A DNA stretch of 64,000 bases from the NCBI GenBank assembly GCA_963804375.1, contig CAWDQE010000019.1, forward strand, positions 481,712 to 545,711, in the 5' to 3' direction. Source of the DNA: an uncultured Planctomycetia bacterium (GTDB lineage: Bacteria > Planctomycetota > Planctomycetia > Pirellulales > Thermoguttaceae). Numbering within the stretch: the stretch's first letter is position 1; every line of letters begins with the position of its first letter. The position numbers and the translations under genes are program-made. Of the stretch, positions 20,299-30,168 are shown piece after piece. The notes under the pieces are model-generated. The model did no database searches, was not told the origin of the DNA, and was given only the letters and a program-made list of their open reading frames with translations.

Positions 20299-20891
20299 CT
20301 TGTTCCTCTCCTTCGTATCATGACTTGTTAGGATTTGACCTCCGAGTCCGCCGATGATCAACTTGGTAGGATGAACCTCCGAGCCCGTCGATGTTCTTTG
20401 CGGACGGACTCGGAGGTCCATCCCAGCTATTCGCCAGCTTATTCCGTCCCACATCCTAATTCCAGTTCTGGGTCCTTCGCCGGCCAGGTCGACGTCGTGG
20501 CGGATTCCCACGAGATAAACAAGGCGGCGGGCAAAGTAATGTCCGCGGGCCTTGATCGTAACCTTGCCAACGGATGGCGCTGCTGGCGGTGACAAAATTG
20601 TAGCCGTTCAACTCCAGAGCGCCAAAGGATTGCAGTTTGGCGATGGAATGGTAGAATATATTGTCCGGAGCCGGGGATGGAAACCAAAAGCAGGCAAGGC
20701 AGGAAAGCCACGCAAGGCGAAAAGTTGAACAGTGTGCTTTATATCGTGTGCAAGAATCTGTTTTCCGCGGTCGTAGCACTGTTGTGGCTGTCGGGCTCAT
20801 CGTCCGCCCAGATGTTGGGGCCGATCCTCTGCTTCTCCGACCTTCAGAGCGGGCCGCGAACCGGCAACTCAGACACCTGAAGGAAGCGATC

Positions 20892-21503
20892 ATGCAGTCT
20901 CCATCCGCTGGCGAGAATTCCGCCTCCCACTCCCTGCCTACACGCCGCGACGCGATCAAAGTCGTTTCCGTGGTTGTCGGCGGCGCGCTGGCCGGCGGGG
21001 GCATGCTGTCCGCCCGGACCGAAGACCTCCAGACGGGCAAGTGGCATTTCTTCACGCCCGATGAGGCGCGCCTGGTCGAAGCCCTCTCCGAGCAGATCAT
21101 CCCCGCCGACAAGAATCCAGGCGGCAAGGACGCCGGTGTCGTAGTTTTCATCGACCGGCAGTTGGTCGGCCCGTACGCGCGTTATCAAGCGACGTATCGC
21201 GAGGGCCTCCGCGCCTTGCAGGCGACCTGCCGCGAGCAATTCGACAAGCCGTTCGAGGCCCTTGCTTGGAGCGACCAAACGAAGGTCCTGGCCGCGCTCG
21301 AATCGGGGCGGGCGCCGCGGGAGCTTTGGAAATCGCCCGCGTGCGGAGAGTTCTTCAATCTGGTTTTGGAGCACGCCATGCAGGGCTTCTACGGCGGCCG
21401 GTGGCATGGCGGCAATCGCAACAACGTCAGCTTCAAGATGCTGGGACTGGACGATCCGCGCGAGCCGGGTCGGAATCGGGATCCAAACGGCGGCAAGCCG
21501 TAA
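20892..21503 (+). CDS. Gluconate 2-dehydrogenase subunit 3 family protein (Tat-signal small subunit of a GMC oxidoreductase)
   Basis: ATG at 20892 after AGGAAG. Tat-like PTRRDAIKVVSVVVGGALAGGG. Family-typical WHFFTPDEARLVEALSEQIIPADKNPGGKDAGVVVFIDRQL. The gene sits directly upstream of the GMC oxidoreductase. Confidence 0.85.
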   Translation: MQSPSAGENSASHSLPTRRDAIKVVSVVVGGALAGGGMLSARTEDLQTGKWHFFTPDEARLVEALSEQIIPADKNPGGKDAGVVVFIDRQLVGPYARYQATYREGLRALQATCREQFDKPFEALAWSDQTKVLAALESGRAPRELWKSPACGEFFNLVLEHAMQGFYGGRWHGGNRNNVSFKMLGLDDPREPGRNRDPNGGKP

Positions 21504-21522
21504 CCTCCAGAGGAGCCGAGGG

Positions 21523-23179
21523 GTGGCAAATCGACATGTCAACGCGATCGTGGTGGGGTCGGGGGCCGGCGGCGGCGTGGTCGCCAAAGAGCTGGCCGTG
21601 GCCGGGCTTACCGTCGTGCTCTTCGAGCGCGGACGATGGGTTCCCTACGAAGAACACGGCGACGATGAGCTGATCTCGCAACGCACAACGGTCTTGGGCA
21701 ACGGCTACGGGCCCGACGATCGGCGCTATCGCCGGGTCGTGGTCGAATCGAACGGCTCGGCGCGCGTCGTTCTGCCCAGCGACGGGGCCTACAACAACGT
21801 CGCCGCGTGCGTCGGCAGCGGAACCGCGGTCTACGGCGCCATGGCCTGGCGCTTCATGCCGCAGGATTTCAAGTTGCGATCGACGTACGGTCCGCTCGCG
21901 GGCTCGACGGTCGAGGACTGGCCGATCAGCTACGACGACCTCGAAGCTTGTTACGAGAAGGCGGAATGGGAGGTCGGCGTGTCGGGCGACGACAGCCAGA
22001 ACCCCTTTGCGCCGCCGCGGAAGAAGCCGCAGCCGATGCCCGCCATGCCGTACAACACCGAGGCCGATATTCTGGAGGCGGCCGCGAAGCGGCTGGGCTG
22101 GCATCCCTTTCCGATACCCATGCTCCGCAATTCGGTCCCCTACGGCGGCCGGCGGGCCTGCGTACACAGGAGCAACTGCGTCGGTTTCGCCTGCCCGATC
22201 GATGCCAAGAACGGCACGCAGAACACGGTGATTCCCGTCGCGCTGGCCACGGGCCATTGCGAGCTGCGAACGGAGTCGGTCGTCAGCGAGGTCATGGTCG
22301 ACGACCACGGCCGCGCGCGGAGTGAGGTATTTCGACGCCGCCGGCCGGTTGAACGTGCAGACCGCCGACGTGGTCGTCGTTTCCGCCTCGGCCACCGAGA
22401 CCGCTCGATTGCTGCTGAACTCCCGCTCGAAACTGTTTCCCCATGGGGCGGGCAACAACCACGATTGGGTCGGGCGAAACCTGCAAGGGCACGCCTACAC
22501 GGGCGCAAACGGACTGGTCGACACGAATCTCTACGACGGGCTGGGACCCGGGGCCTGCATCGCCTTCTGCGACTTCAATCACGGCAATCCTGGCATTCGC
22601 GGCGGCGGCCTGCTGGCGAACGAGTTCATCGCCCTGCCGTATGCGTTCACCCACATCCGGCCGCCGGGCTCGCCGCGCTGGGGCCTTGCCCACAAGGACT
22701 TCCAGCGGCGGTGGTACAAGCACACGATGCGCGTCATGGGGCCGGTCCAGGAAATGCCCGTCTTCGATGCCCGCGTCCAGGTCGATCCGGCCGTCAAGGA
22801 CCACTGGGGAATCCCCGTCGCACGTCTCTCGGGCCACCGCCACCCCAGCGACGTCGAAACGGCGGAATTCCTTTCGAAGAAGGCCGAAATCCTGCTCAAG
22901 GAAGCGGGCGCCAAGCACATCTGGCGCAACGTGCCCGGCCTCGGACTCAGCGGCGGCCAGCATCAGGCGGGCACTTGCCGCATGGGCAACGACCCGAAAA
23001 CATCGGTCACCAACCGTTACGGCCAGATCCACGAAATCGACAATCTTTTCGTGGCCGATGGAAGTCTGCACGTCACCAACGGCGGTTTCAATCCCTCGCT
23101 GACCATCATGGCGCTGGGCTATTGGGTCGGCGGGTACATCGCACGAGAGTGGAAAGGAACCCGCTTCCGCTCGACCTGA
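21523..23179 (+). pseudogene. GMC family FAD-dependent oxidoreductase, split by one frameshift (~22318; possible assembly indel)
   Basis: GTG at 21523, 8 nt after AGGAG. The FAD fold reads HVNAIVVGSGAGGGVVAKELAVAGLTVVLFERG. Frame 1 is real up to ...VSEVMVDDHGRAR, and ORF 22322-23179 continues RYFDAAGRLNVQTADVVVVSASATETARLLLNS...HQAGTCRMGNDPKTSVTNRYGQIHEIDNLFVADGSL (GMC C-terminal active-site region). Confidence 0.85.
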
Positions 23180-23291
23180 GCCAGCCATGACGAGCGACTG
23201 AACCGCTTCGCGGTTGTCGTGTCACCATGACCCTGCCACTCCCCGGCGAAATGCCGAAGTTATTTCCGACCATGTCCCAAGGAGGCCCGCC

Positions 23292-24491
23292 ATGTCCCTG
23301 CTGCCCATTGTGATCGTGTCCGTCTTGGGTGCCGACCCGGTCATGTTCCAGCGGCACCTGATCGATGCCTTTCCCGCCGGCTACCAGGTTGCCGTCGCCA
23401 ACCTCAACGGTGACGGCCGCCCGGACGTGATCGCCCTATCGACCGACGCCAACCGCGTGGACTGGTACGAGAACCCGACCTGGCAGCGCCGCCCGGTTGC
23501 GCGGACCGCCAAGAATATCGACCTGGCCGTGCGCGATCTGGACGGCAGCGGTCACCCGGCCATCGCCCTGGCCAGCGGGTTCTACTTCAACGAATCGACG
23601 CGCGGTGGCGAGATCCAGCTCTTGCGGCAGCCGGCCAAGGCCGGCGACCTCTGGCCGCGGCAGCCGATTGCCGTGGACCCCGTCGTCCATCGACTCCGCT
23701 GGGGCAATCTGGACGGCAGCGGACGGCCGGCTCTCGTTCACGCCCCAATCTTCGGTCCTGGCTCCCAGGGAACCGAGTCCCTCAAGCCGGCCCACCTGTG
23801 GGCGTTTCGTCCGCCGCCACAACCCGGCCAACCGTGGGAAACCTGGAAGATCGACGAGTCGCTCACCGTGCTGCACGGTATCCAGGTCAAAGACCTCGAC
23901 GGCACCGGGCGGGACTCGATCCTCACCGCGAGCTTCGAGGGTATTCACCGCTTCGACTTCAAGGGGCAGGGCGCGGCGGCCCGCTGGCACAGGGTCCGCC
24001 TGGCGGCCGGTGCGCCGCCCTCCAACGACAAGCCGGGCGCCGCGCGTGGCAGCAGCGAAGTGGCGGCTTTCCACTTGGCCAAAGGCCGGATGCTCCTGGC
24101 GGCCATCGAGCCCTGGCATGGCCATCAGGTGGTGGTCTACACGCCCGCCAAGGGCGGAGGGCTCTGGCAGCGCCACGTGATCGACGACACGCTGCACGAA
24201 GGCCACGCCCTGGTAACGGGCGATTTTGACGGCGACGGGCAGGACGAGATCGTCGCCGGCTGGCGGGCCGGCGGCGGTGGGCTACGGCTCTACAAGGCCA
24301 CCGACGCCACCGGCCAGCAATTCAAGGCCTACGACATCGACCCCGCCATGCCTGCGGAAGGCGCGGTCGCAGCAGACGTCAATGGCGACGGCAAGCTGGA
24401 CCTGGTGGTTATCGCCGGCCGCACGAACCAGTTGGTTTGGTATGAGAACCTCACCGGGAGGAACTCCGTAAAACGGAATTCATTCCGTTGA
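23292..24491 (+). CDS. FG-GAP/VCBS repeat beta-propeller protein
   Basis: ATG at 23292 after AAGGAGG. Repeated motifs NLNGDGRPDVIA, DLDGSGHPAIA, NLDGSGRPALV, DLDGTGRDSIL, GDFDGDGQDEIVAG and DVNGDGKLDLVV, each followed by W(Y)EN-type strands. Confidence 0.8.
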   Translation: MSLLPIVIVSVLGADPVMFQRHLIDAFPAGYQVAVANLNGDGRPDVIALSTDANRVDWYENPTWQRRPVARTAKNIDLAVRDLDGSGHPAIALASGFYFNESTRGGEIQLLRQPAKAGDLWPRQPIAVDPVVHRLRWGNLDGSGRPALVHAPIFGPGSQGTESLKPAHLWAFRPPPQPGQPWETWKIDESLTVLHGIQVKDLDGTGRDSILTASFEGIHRFDFKGQGAAARWHRVRLAAGAPPSNDKPGAARGSSEVAAFHLAKGRMLLAAIEPWHGHQVVVYTPAKGGGLWQRHVIDDTLHEGHALVTGDFDGDGQDEIVAGWRAGGGGLRLYKATDATGQQFKAYDIDPAMPAEGAVAADVNGDGKLDLVVIAGRTNQLVWYENLTGRNSVKRNSFR

Positions 24492-24509
24492 AACGGACGA
24501 AAGTCCGTT
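24472..24509 (+). terminator. Two tandem short hairpins at the 3' end of the FG-GAP gene (terminator-like / REP-like)
   Basis: AACGGAAT-TC-ATTCCGTT (24472-24489) overlaps the stop codon and is followed by AACGGAC-GAAA-GTCCGTT (24492-24509). No U-tract follows, so terminator function is uncertain. Confidence 0.3.
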
Positions 24510-24754
24510 CTACGAAGAAGGTGGCTCCGCGGCATTTGCCGGGCGAGACACGGTTCACATGTTGGTCGCCAACATTTGTACTGCTGGCCTATGTCATTTT
24601 CCGCAGCCTGTAAGAGCCATTTGTGAAGCGGTTTGCTTGTTTAGTCAAATAGGCAAGGGCGCAACCTCTGTCGTCTGGTTCAAAGCCAGAAAGCTTCTCC
24701 GCAGCACGGAGTACGCGTCGCGCAGCGACGATCGACGGTAGCCGCGTTTCAACC

Positions 24755-25055
24755 TTGTTGTTACACACATCTCGGACCCCATCCGGCCGGGTACCCTCTG
24801 GGTGCGGATGGTGAACAAGGCTGAATGGCTAGAACGATAAGAAGAAGATAAACGACCCCCACGGGCTCGTCCCGTGGGTGAAGGAGGTTCTACGGCTACG
24901 GCGCGAGAATGGACTAGCTGGGCAACCTGATTCACCATCCAGGCGAGCTGGATGGGGTCTGATTCTCAATGCTGTCGGTGCTCAGCTGTCCAACCTCCTT
25001 CACCATCCAGGCGAGCTGGATGGGGTCGTTGCCGGACTTGTGTGCAACAACGTGG
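24755..25055. mobile_element. 301-bp TIR-bounded non-autonomous element (MITE), copy A
   Basis: Ends ..GTTGTTACACACATCTCGGACCCCATCC and GGATGGGGTCGTTGCCGGACTTGTGTGCAACAAC.. are inverted repeats. A 9-bp direct repeat, GTTTCAACC, flanks the element at 24746-24754 and 25056-25064. Three CCATCC(N)GGATGG hairpins lie inside, and there is no ORF. A second, inverted copy lies at 52843-53355. Confidence 0.6.
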
Positions 25056-25260
25056 GTTTCAACCCATGGCTATCATCAATGGTCGCTACGTGATCGGAAT
25101 ACTGGATTAAACGCGGGCCCGTGCGTTCGCTTCGTGGAACAAATTCGGCACACGCTACAGTACTCGGACAATTGAGATTCTTAGCAATCCACGGTAAGAT
25201 AGGGGCCATGCTCGCCGGCCACCCTGGCGAAGTCGCCCGATCCGCTTTGGAGGAATCTTC

Positions 25261-25645
25261 ATGGCTACGCTGAACCATCAAATCGTCCTTGCCGCCCGGC
25301 CGGAGGGCCTGCCCAAGCCGTCCGACTTCCGGCTCGTCGAGACGCCAGCGCCCGAGCCCGGCGCCGGGCCGTTCCTGGTGAAGACCAACTACTTGTCGGT
25401 GTACGCGTACATGCGGGGCCGCATCAGCGAGGCCAAGAGCTACGCCAAGCCGGTTGAGATCGGCGAAGTCATGGTCGGCGGCACCGTCGGGACGGTCGTC
25501 GAGACCCCCCCCGGACTATCAGCCCGGCGAGGTCGTCGTGGGCCATTGGGGCTGGCAGGAATATGCGGTCTCCGATGGCCAGGGCGTCGAGCGGTTCGAT
25601 ACCTCGCTCACGCCCATGTCCACCGCGTTGGGCGGCTTGGGGTAA
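25261..25645 (+). pseudogene. NADP-dependent oxidoreductase (medium-chain reductase, YncB/CurA/PTGR-like), frameshifted and 3'-truncated
   Basis: MATLNHQIVLAARPEGLPKPSDFRLVETPAPEPGAGPFLVKTNYLSV..YMRGRISEAKSYAKPVEIGEVMVGGTVGTVVE. The frame is lost at a C8 run (25505-25512). The next frame continues PDYQPGEVVVGHWGWQEYAVSDGQGVERFDTSLTPMSTALGGLG, then stops. The whole Rossmann half (about 200 aa) is missing. Confidence 0.8.
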
Positions 25646-25719
25646 TCTGAGCACGGTTGTTGCGATTTCGGAAACTGCGACGTTCGCAGCTCACCATGGC
25701 GCATCTGGAGCAACTCACC

Positions 25720-27120
25720 ATGACGAAGCAAGTCCGGCCTCTTGTTGGTTGGCTCGCGCTGGCCGCGTGTTTCTGCGGCCCGCTGCGCGCCGCCCCGCCG
25801 AGTGCCCAAGTACGGGTAATTTTCGCCGAGAAACTCGGGCCGATGCACATTGAGCGCATGGCCCTGGGGCAGGGCGGACTTTCCGAAGAGCCGATGCTCG
25901 CCGGCCGCGTGACGGAGATCCGCGCCCTGCGGCCGGGTATCATTCGGCTCTTCGTGCAAGAGTATTACGACCTCCTGCCCGAGCGGGGCCGCTACCACTT
26001 CGAAACGCTCGATCGCACCGTTGACTCGATCCTCGCCAGCGACGCGAAACCGCTGATGTGCCTGTGCTTCAAGCCCCACGCGCTTTTTCCTGAAGTCAAC
26101 GACAGCATCGTGGAGCCGAAGGATTACGCAGCGTGGGAAGAACTCGTTTCCAAGCTTGTCGAGCATTACCGCCAGCGCGGCGCGGGCATCCGCTATTGGG
26201 AAGTCGGAAACGAGGTCGACATCGGCGAGAGCGGCGGCACGCCCTATCGCTTCCAACCGGCGAGCTATGTCCGCTACTACCGGCACACCGCGGCGGCCAT
26301 CCTCCGCGCCGACCCGCAGGCCCGCGTCGGCGGGCCGGCGCTGGCGAGCGTGCGGTCGCCGATCCTCCCCGCCCTGCTGGACGCGTGCGCAACCAAGGGC
26401 ATGCCGCTGCACTTCGTTTCCTGGCATATTTACAGCAGCAGCCCGGTGGCGGTCCGCGGCACGATCGATTACGTGCATGGCCTGCTGAAGAAGCATCCCG
26501 GGCTGACGCCCGAGACCTTCCTTGACGAGTGGAACATGGACCTGTTCAACCCGCCGCTGGACCCCCGCTACCAGCCTTGTTACGCGGCCGAGACCATCTG
26601 GCAGATGAAAGACGCCGGGCTGGACTGGTCGTGCTACTACCACATCCGCGACTACTACGTTTCCTACGACACGTTTGCCAAGTACTTTTCCGCCAACGGC
26701 ACGGCGTTCATGACGCGGTGGTGGAACCGCCAACCGCAGTTCGACGGGCTCTTCGATTACCAGAACCAGATCCGGCCCGCATATTTTGCCTTCAAGCTGC
26801 TCTCGCGGATGGCCGGCGAGCGGCTGCGCGTCAGTTCCTCAAGCGACAAGATCCACGGCTTCGCCACGCACGACCCGCAGTTGCAAATGCACAACGTGAT
26901 GCTTTGGAACTTTTCCGGCGCGCCGGCGCGCGTCGAATTGAACCTTGACGCGTTGCCCAAGGAGATGCGCGTCCGCCACATTGTGCTCGATGCCGCGGGC
27001 GCTGGCGTGGAAGAGAACCAGCGCCTCCGCCCCGAGCCGCTGCAAACGTTGAAAGCAGGCGACCAGAAGCTCTCGCTGGACCTCCAGCCGTGGGGCGTCC
27101 ACTATTGGTCGTTGGAATAG
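25720..27120 (+). CDS. Secreted clan GH-A TIM-barrel glycoside hydrolase (GH39-like)
   Basis: Signal MTKQVRPLVGWLALAACFCGPLRA. IRYWEVGNEVD matches the acid/base NE motif of clan GH-A. VSWHIYS and a C-terminal beta-sandwich give a layout resembling GH39. The ORF track start at 25657 is probably too far upstream. Confidence 0.7.
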   Translation: MTKQVRPLVGWLALAACFCGPLRAAPPSAQVRVIFAEKLGPMHIERMALGQGGLSEEPMLAGRVTEIRALRPGIIRLFVQEYYDLLPERGRYHFETLDRTVDSILASDAKPLMCLCFKPHALFPEVNDSIVEPKDYAAWEELVSKLVEHYRQRGAGIRYWEVGNEVDIGESGGTPYRFQPASYVRYYRHTAAAILRADPQARVGGPALASVRSPILPALLDACATKGMPLHFVSWHIYSSSPVAVRGTIDYVHGLLKKHPGLTPETFLDEWNMDLFNPPLDPRYQPCYAAETIWQMKDAGLDWSCYYHIRDYYVSYDTFAKYFSANGTAFMTRWWNRQPQFDGLFDYQNQIRPAYFAFKLLSRMAGERLRVSSSSDKIHGFATHDPQLQMHNVMLWNFSGAPARVELNLDALPKEMRVRHIVLDAAGAGVEENQRLRPEPLQTLKAGDQKLSLDLQPWGVHYWSLE

Positions 27121-27166
27121 GATACATCCGTTTTCCCCCTCTCCGCCCCAAAAACAATTTCGGAGT

Positions 27167-30052
27167 ATGAAGATGATCACGCGTTACACATTTATTGGAT
27201 TATTGGCAGCCATGACAATCGGCCCGATGGCCGGCCAGGCACGGGCCGCCGACGGCTTCCAGATGCTCGACCTCAAATCGATCGTGAACATGGACTGGCG
27301 CGACGAGGTCTGGGGCGACGGCAAGGGCGGTTGGACCGACCAAGGCGACAACGACATGCGGCAGATCAGCGTGGGAACGCGGCAGCTCCTGGGCATTCCG
27401 TTCGAACTGATCGACCCGGCGCACAACGGCGGCAAGGCCGTGCTCACGCTGGGCTCGAAGAAGTTTCCCGCCGGCCCGCTGGCGGCCACGGCCCGCTTCG
27501 GCGGCAAGGCCCGCAGCCTGTACTTCCTCCACGCCGCGGCTTGGTCCGGCGGCCACATGGCGACCTACGTGGTCCATTATGCCGACGGCGCCACGGCGGA
27601 GATCCCCATCCGCGACAAGGAGGAGATCATGAACTGGTGGTGGCCGACGCACGGGCCGAAGTACCGCGCCGCGATCCACGTGCCCAATGCCCAGACCGAC
27701 GACGTGGGCCTGGTCGTCTTCGGCTGGGACAACCCGCATGCCGACAAGGTCATCCGCGACATCGAGCTGAAAAGCCTCAACGCCGACGGGATCGTGGTGG
27801 TGGCGGCGATCACGGCCTCGGACAAGCCCGTGCGGCTGCCCGACCCGAAAGACATCCCTGCGCCCGAGTATCTGCAGAGCGACCTGCCGACGTTGGACAG
27901 CTCGCAGTGGTTCCCGGTCGAGGTGGTCGAGGACAAGTTCCAGCCGACGCCCATCGACCAGTCGGCTGCCCTCGACGCCCCGGCGGGCAAGCATGGTTTT
28001 ATGAAGACCGCCGACGGCCACTGGGCCTTCGAGGACGGCGCACCGGTCCGCCTCGTGGCCACGATGCAGGGCACCCCGCACGACAAGAAAGAATCGGCCT
28101 ACATGGTCCGCTGGCTGGCCAAGTACGGCTTCAACCTGGTGCGGATCGGGCACCTGGTGACCGGCCCGGAGCAGGGTTCCGCGGTCGATTGGAGCCAGCC
28201 CGACAGCGGGCACCTCAACCCGGCGGTGATGGACCAGTTGGACTATTTCATCGCCGAGCTGGCCAAGCGCGGGATCTACAGCCGCCCCACGATGCTCTGG
28301 TACCGCAAGCTGAAGAAGGGCGACGGCGTGGAGGCCTTCGACGAATCGGTCGCCTATGCCGACAAGAAGGCCAATCGCCAGCCCCAGCCCGGCGAATCGC
28401 CGGTGCTGGATTCGGTGGGCATTACCTTCTTCGACGACAAGGTGATGCAGGCCAACATCGCCTTGGAGAAGGCCATCATGACGCATCGCAACCCGTACCG
28501 GGGCAACAAGATGTATGGCGAGGACCCCGCCGTCGCCCAGATCGAAGTGACCAATGAGGACGGGGTGTTCTTCTACACGATCGACGGCATCGCTCCGCAC
28601 TATGCAAAGGAACTCGACCGGCTGTGGGCCAGTTGGCTGCTCCACAAGTATGGCTCGCAGTCGAAGCTGGCCGCCGCCTGGGGCGACAACCTCAAGGGCG
28701 ACGAACGGCTGGCCGACGCCACGGTCAAGCGGTTGAACATCTGGAGCTTCAACAAGGTCAAGCCACAGCAGGCCCCGCGGGCCCGCGACCAGTTGCGATT
28801 CTACTTCGAGCTGAACAACGGCTACTTCCAGAAGACCAAGGCGGCCCTCCGCGCGGCCGGCGTGCGGCAACCGATCTGCGGCACCGGCTGGTTCGGCGTG
28901 GGCACGGCGTTCTATCCCGAGCTCTACTCCAACGCGCCGGGCATGGACTACATCGACCGCCACCACTACTACGGCGGCGGCCCGGGCGGCTGGCAGATCC
29001 TGCAGGGGATGACGTTCAACTACGAGGCCGCGCTGACGGAACCGAAGCACATCCTCAAACTCGGCATGGAGCGCGTGCTCGGCATGCCCTACGGCATTTC
29101 CGAGTGGGCCAATGTGCTGCCCAACCAGTGGCGGCTGGAGGCCCCGCCGATCATGACGTTCTACGGGCAGTGCCTGAACGGTTGGGACGTGCCGATCCAT
29201 TTCGCCATGGACGGCGGCGGCGGGGGTTTCGCCGGTTTCCTCAAGTGGATGTGGCCGGTCAACGAGCCCTCGACTCTCTGCCAATATCCGGCCCTGGCCC
29301 AGGCCATCCGCCGGGGCGACGTCCGCGAGGGGCAGGTAGTCTTCGCCCGCAAGCTCTCCGAGGAAAAAACCTTCAGCGCCCAGGCGATGAAGGACGTGGC
29401 CATCAAGGTCGATATCTCGGGCCCCTACGAAATGTCGGCCGAACAGGGCATCAATGCCCGCAGCCTGGCCAGCTACTATGCGGCAGCGGTGGGCAAGACG
29501 GGCGTGCAGTTCGTCAAGGCCAACGGCCCTGATTTCTCCATCGATCTGGGCCCTTACCTCGACATGCAGAAGAAGGAGATCCGCTCGATCACGGACGAGC
29601 TTTATTGGAACTACGGCCGAGGTTACCTCACGGCCAACACGCCGCGGATGCAGGCGGCCGTGGGCTTCCTGGCCGATGTGCCGGTCAAGCTGGCCGATTG
29701 CCAGATCACCAGTCCCAACCGCTGTGCGTCGATCCTGGTGGCAAGCTGGGACGGCAAACCGCTGAAGGAGAGCAAGCACATCTTGATCACCGCCGTGGGG
29801 CGTTCGCGGAACACCGACATGGCCTACAGCCGAGGCGGCCAGCGGCTGATCGCCATCGGCAAGCCGCCCGTCTTGTTGGAAGGCGTGCGGGGGACGGTCC
29901 GCCTGGCCCGCGGCGGGCCGTGTACCGTCACGGCGCTTTCGCCCTACGGGTACAAGACGGCCGACATTCGCGCGACCAGCGAGGGCGGTGCCACGGTCGT
30001 GCCCCTGGACGGCCGCAACAAGGCGGCGTACTACGACGTGCAGTTCCCCTGA
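27167..30052 (+). CDS. Large secreted glycoside hydrolase, clan GH-A TIM barrel with N-terminal beta-sandwich
   Basis: 961 aa. Signal MKMITRYTFIGLLAAMTIGPMAGQARA. The catalytic-type region reads WLAKYGFNLVRIGHL...DQLDYFIAELAKRGIY...AVAQIEVTNEDGVFF (an NE acid/base-like motif). The 859-aa antisense ORF is Arg/His/Gly-rich and rejected. Confidence 0.7.
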   Translation: MKMITRYTFIGLLAAMTIGPMAGQARAADGFQMLDLKSIVNMDWRDEVWGDGKGGWTDQGDNDMRQISVGTRQLLGIPFELIDPAHNGGKAVLTLGSKKFPAGPLAATARFGGKARSLYFLHAAAWSGGHMATYVVHYADGATAEIPIRDKEEIMNWWWPTHGPKYRAAIHVPNAQTDDVGLVVFGWDNPHADKVIRDIELKSLNADGIVVVAAITASDKPVRLPDPKDIPAPEYLQSDLPTLDSSQWFPVEVVEDKFQPTPIDQSAALDAPAGKHGFMKTADGHWAFEDGAPVRLVATMQGTPHDKKESAYMVRWLAKYGFNLVRIGHLVTGPEQGSAVDWSQPDSGHLNPAVMDQLDYFIAELAKRGIYSRPTMLWYRKLKKGDGVEAFDESVAYADKKANRQPQPGESPVLDSVGITFFDDKVMQANIALEKAIMTHRNPYRGNKMYGEDPAVAQIEVTNEDGVFFYTIDGIAPHYAKELDRLWASWLLHKYGSQSKLAAAWGDNLKGDERLADATVKRLNIWSFNKVKPQQAPRARDQLRFYFELNNGYFQKTKAALRAAGVRQPICGTGWFGVGTAFYPELYSNAPGMDYIDRHHYYGGGPGGWQILQGMTFNYEAALTEPKHILKLGMERVLGMPYGISEWANVLPNQWRLEAPPIMTFYGQCLNGWDVPIHFAMDGGGGGFAGFLKWMWPVNEPSTLCQYPALAQAIRRGDVREGQVVFARKLSEEKTFSAQAMKDVAIKVDISGPYEMSAEQGINARSLASYYAAAVGKTGVQFVKANGPDFSIDLGPYLDMQKKEIRSITDELYWNYGRGYLTANTPRMQAAVGFLADVPVKLADCQITSPNRCASILVASWDGKPLKESKHILITAVGRSRNTDMAYSRGGQRLIAIGKPPVLLEGVRGTVRLARGGPCTVTALSPYGYKTADIRATSEGGATVVPLDGRNKAAYYDVQFP

Positions 30053-30087
30053 CAGTCCGGATCATTCACCATAGGGTGGGACACGCT

Positions 30088-30168
30088 GTAGGGTGGGCCG
30101 AGTGCAACGAGTCCCACCGCCTTCGGTCCTCACTCATGGTGGGACTCGTTTCACTCGGCCCACTCTAC
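30088..30168. repeat. 31-bp-stem palindromic element between convergent genes (bidirectional terminator-like / REP-like)
   Basis: 30088-30118 GTAGGGTGGGCCGAGTGCAACGAGTCCCACC pairs with 30138-30168 GGTGGGACTCGTTTCACTCGGCCCACTCTAC. An extra half-site TAGGGTGGGAC sits at 30072-30082. The same TAGGGTGGGAC motif occurs inside the nested MITE at 53105. Confidence 0.6.

Noticed and set aside
27200-29779. 859-aa ORF antisense to the 961-aa hydrolase gene
   Set aside because: Its composition is extreme in Arg/His/Gly/Pro/Val (for example RRGVEGSRLVDGRRLELVLDHLDRE), which is typical of the reverse frame of a high-GC gene. The sense ORF has a signal peptide and GH-A motifs.
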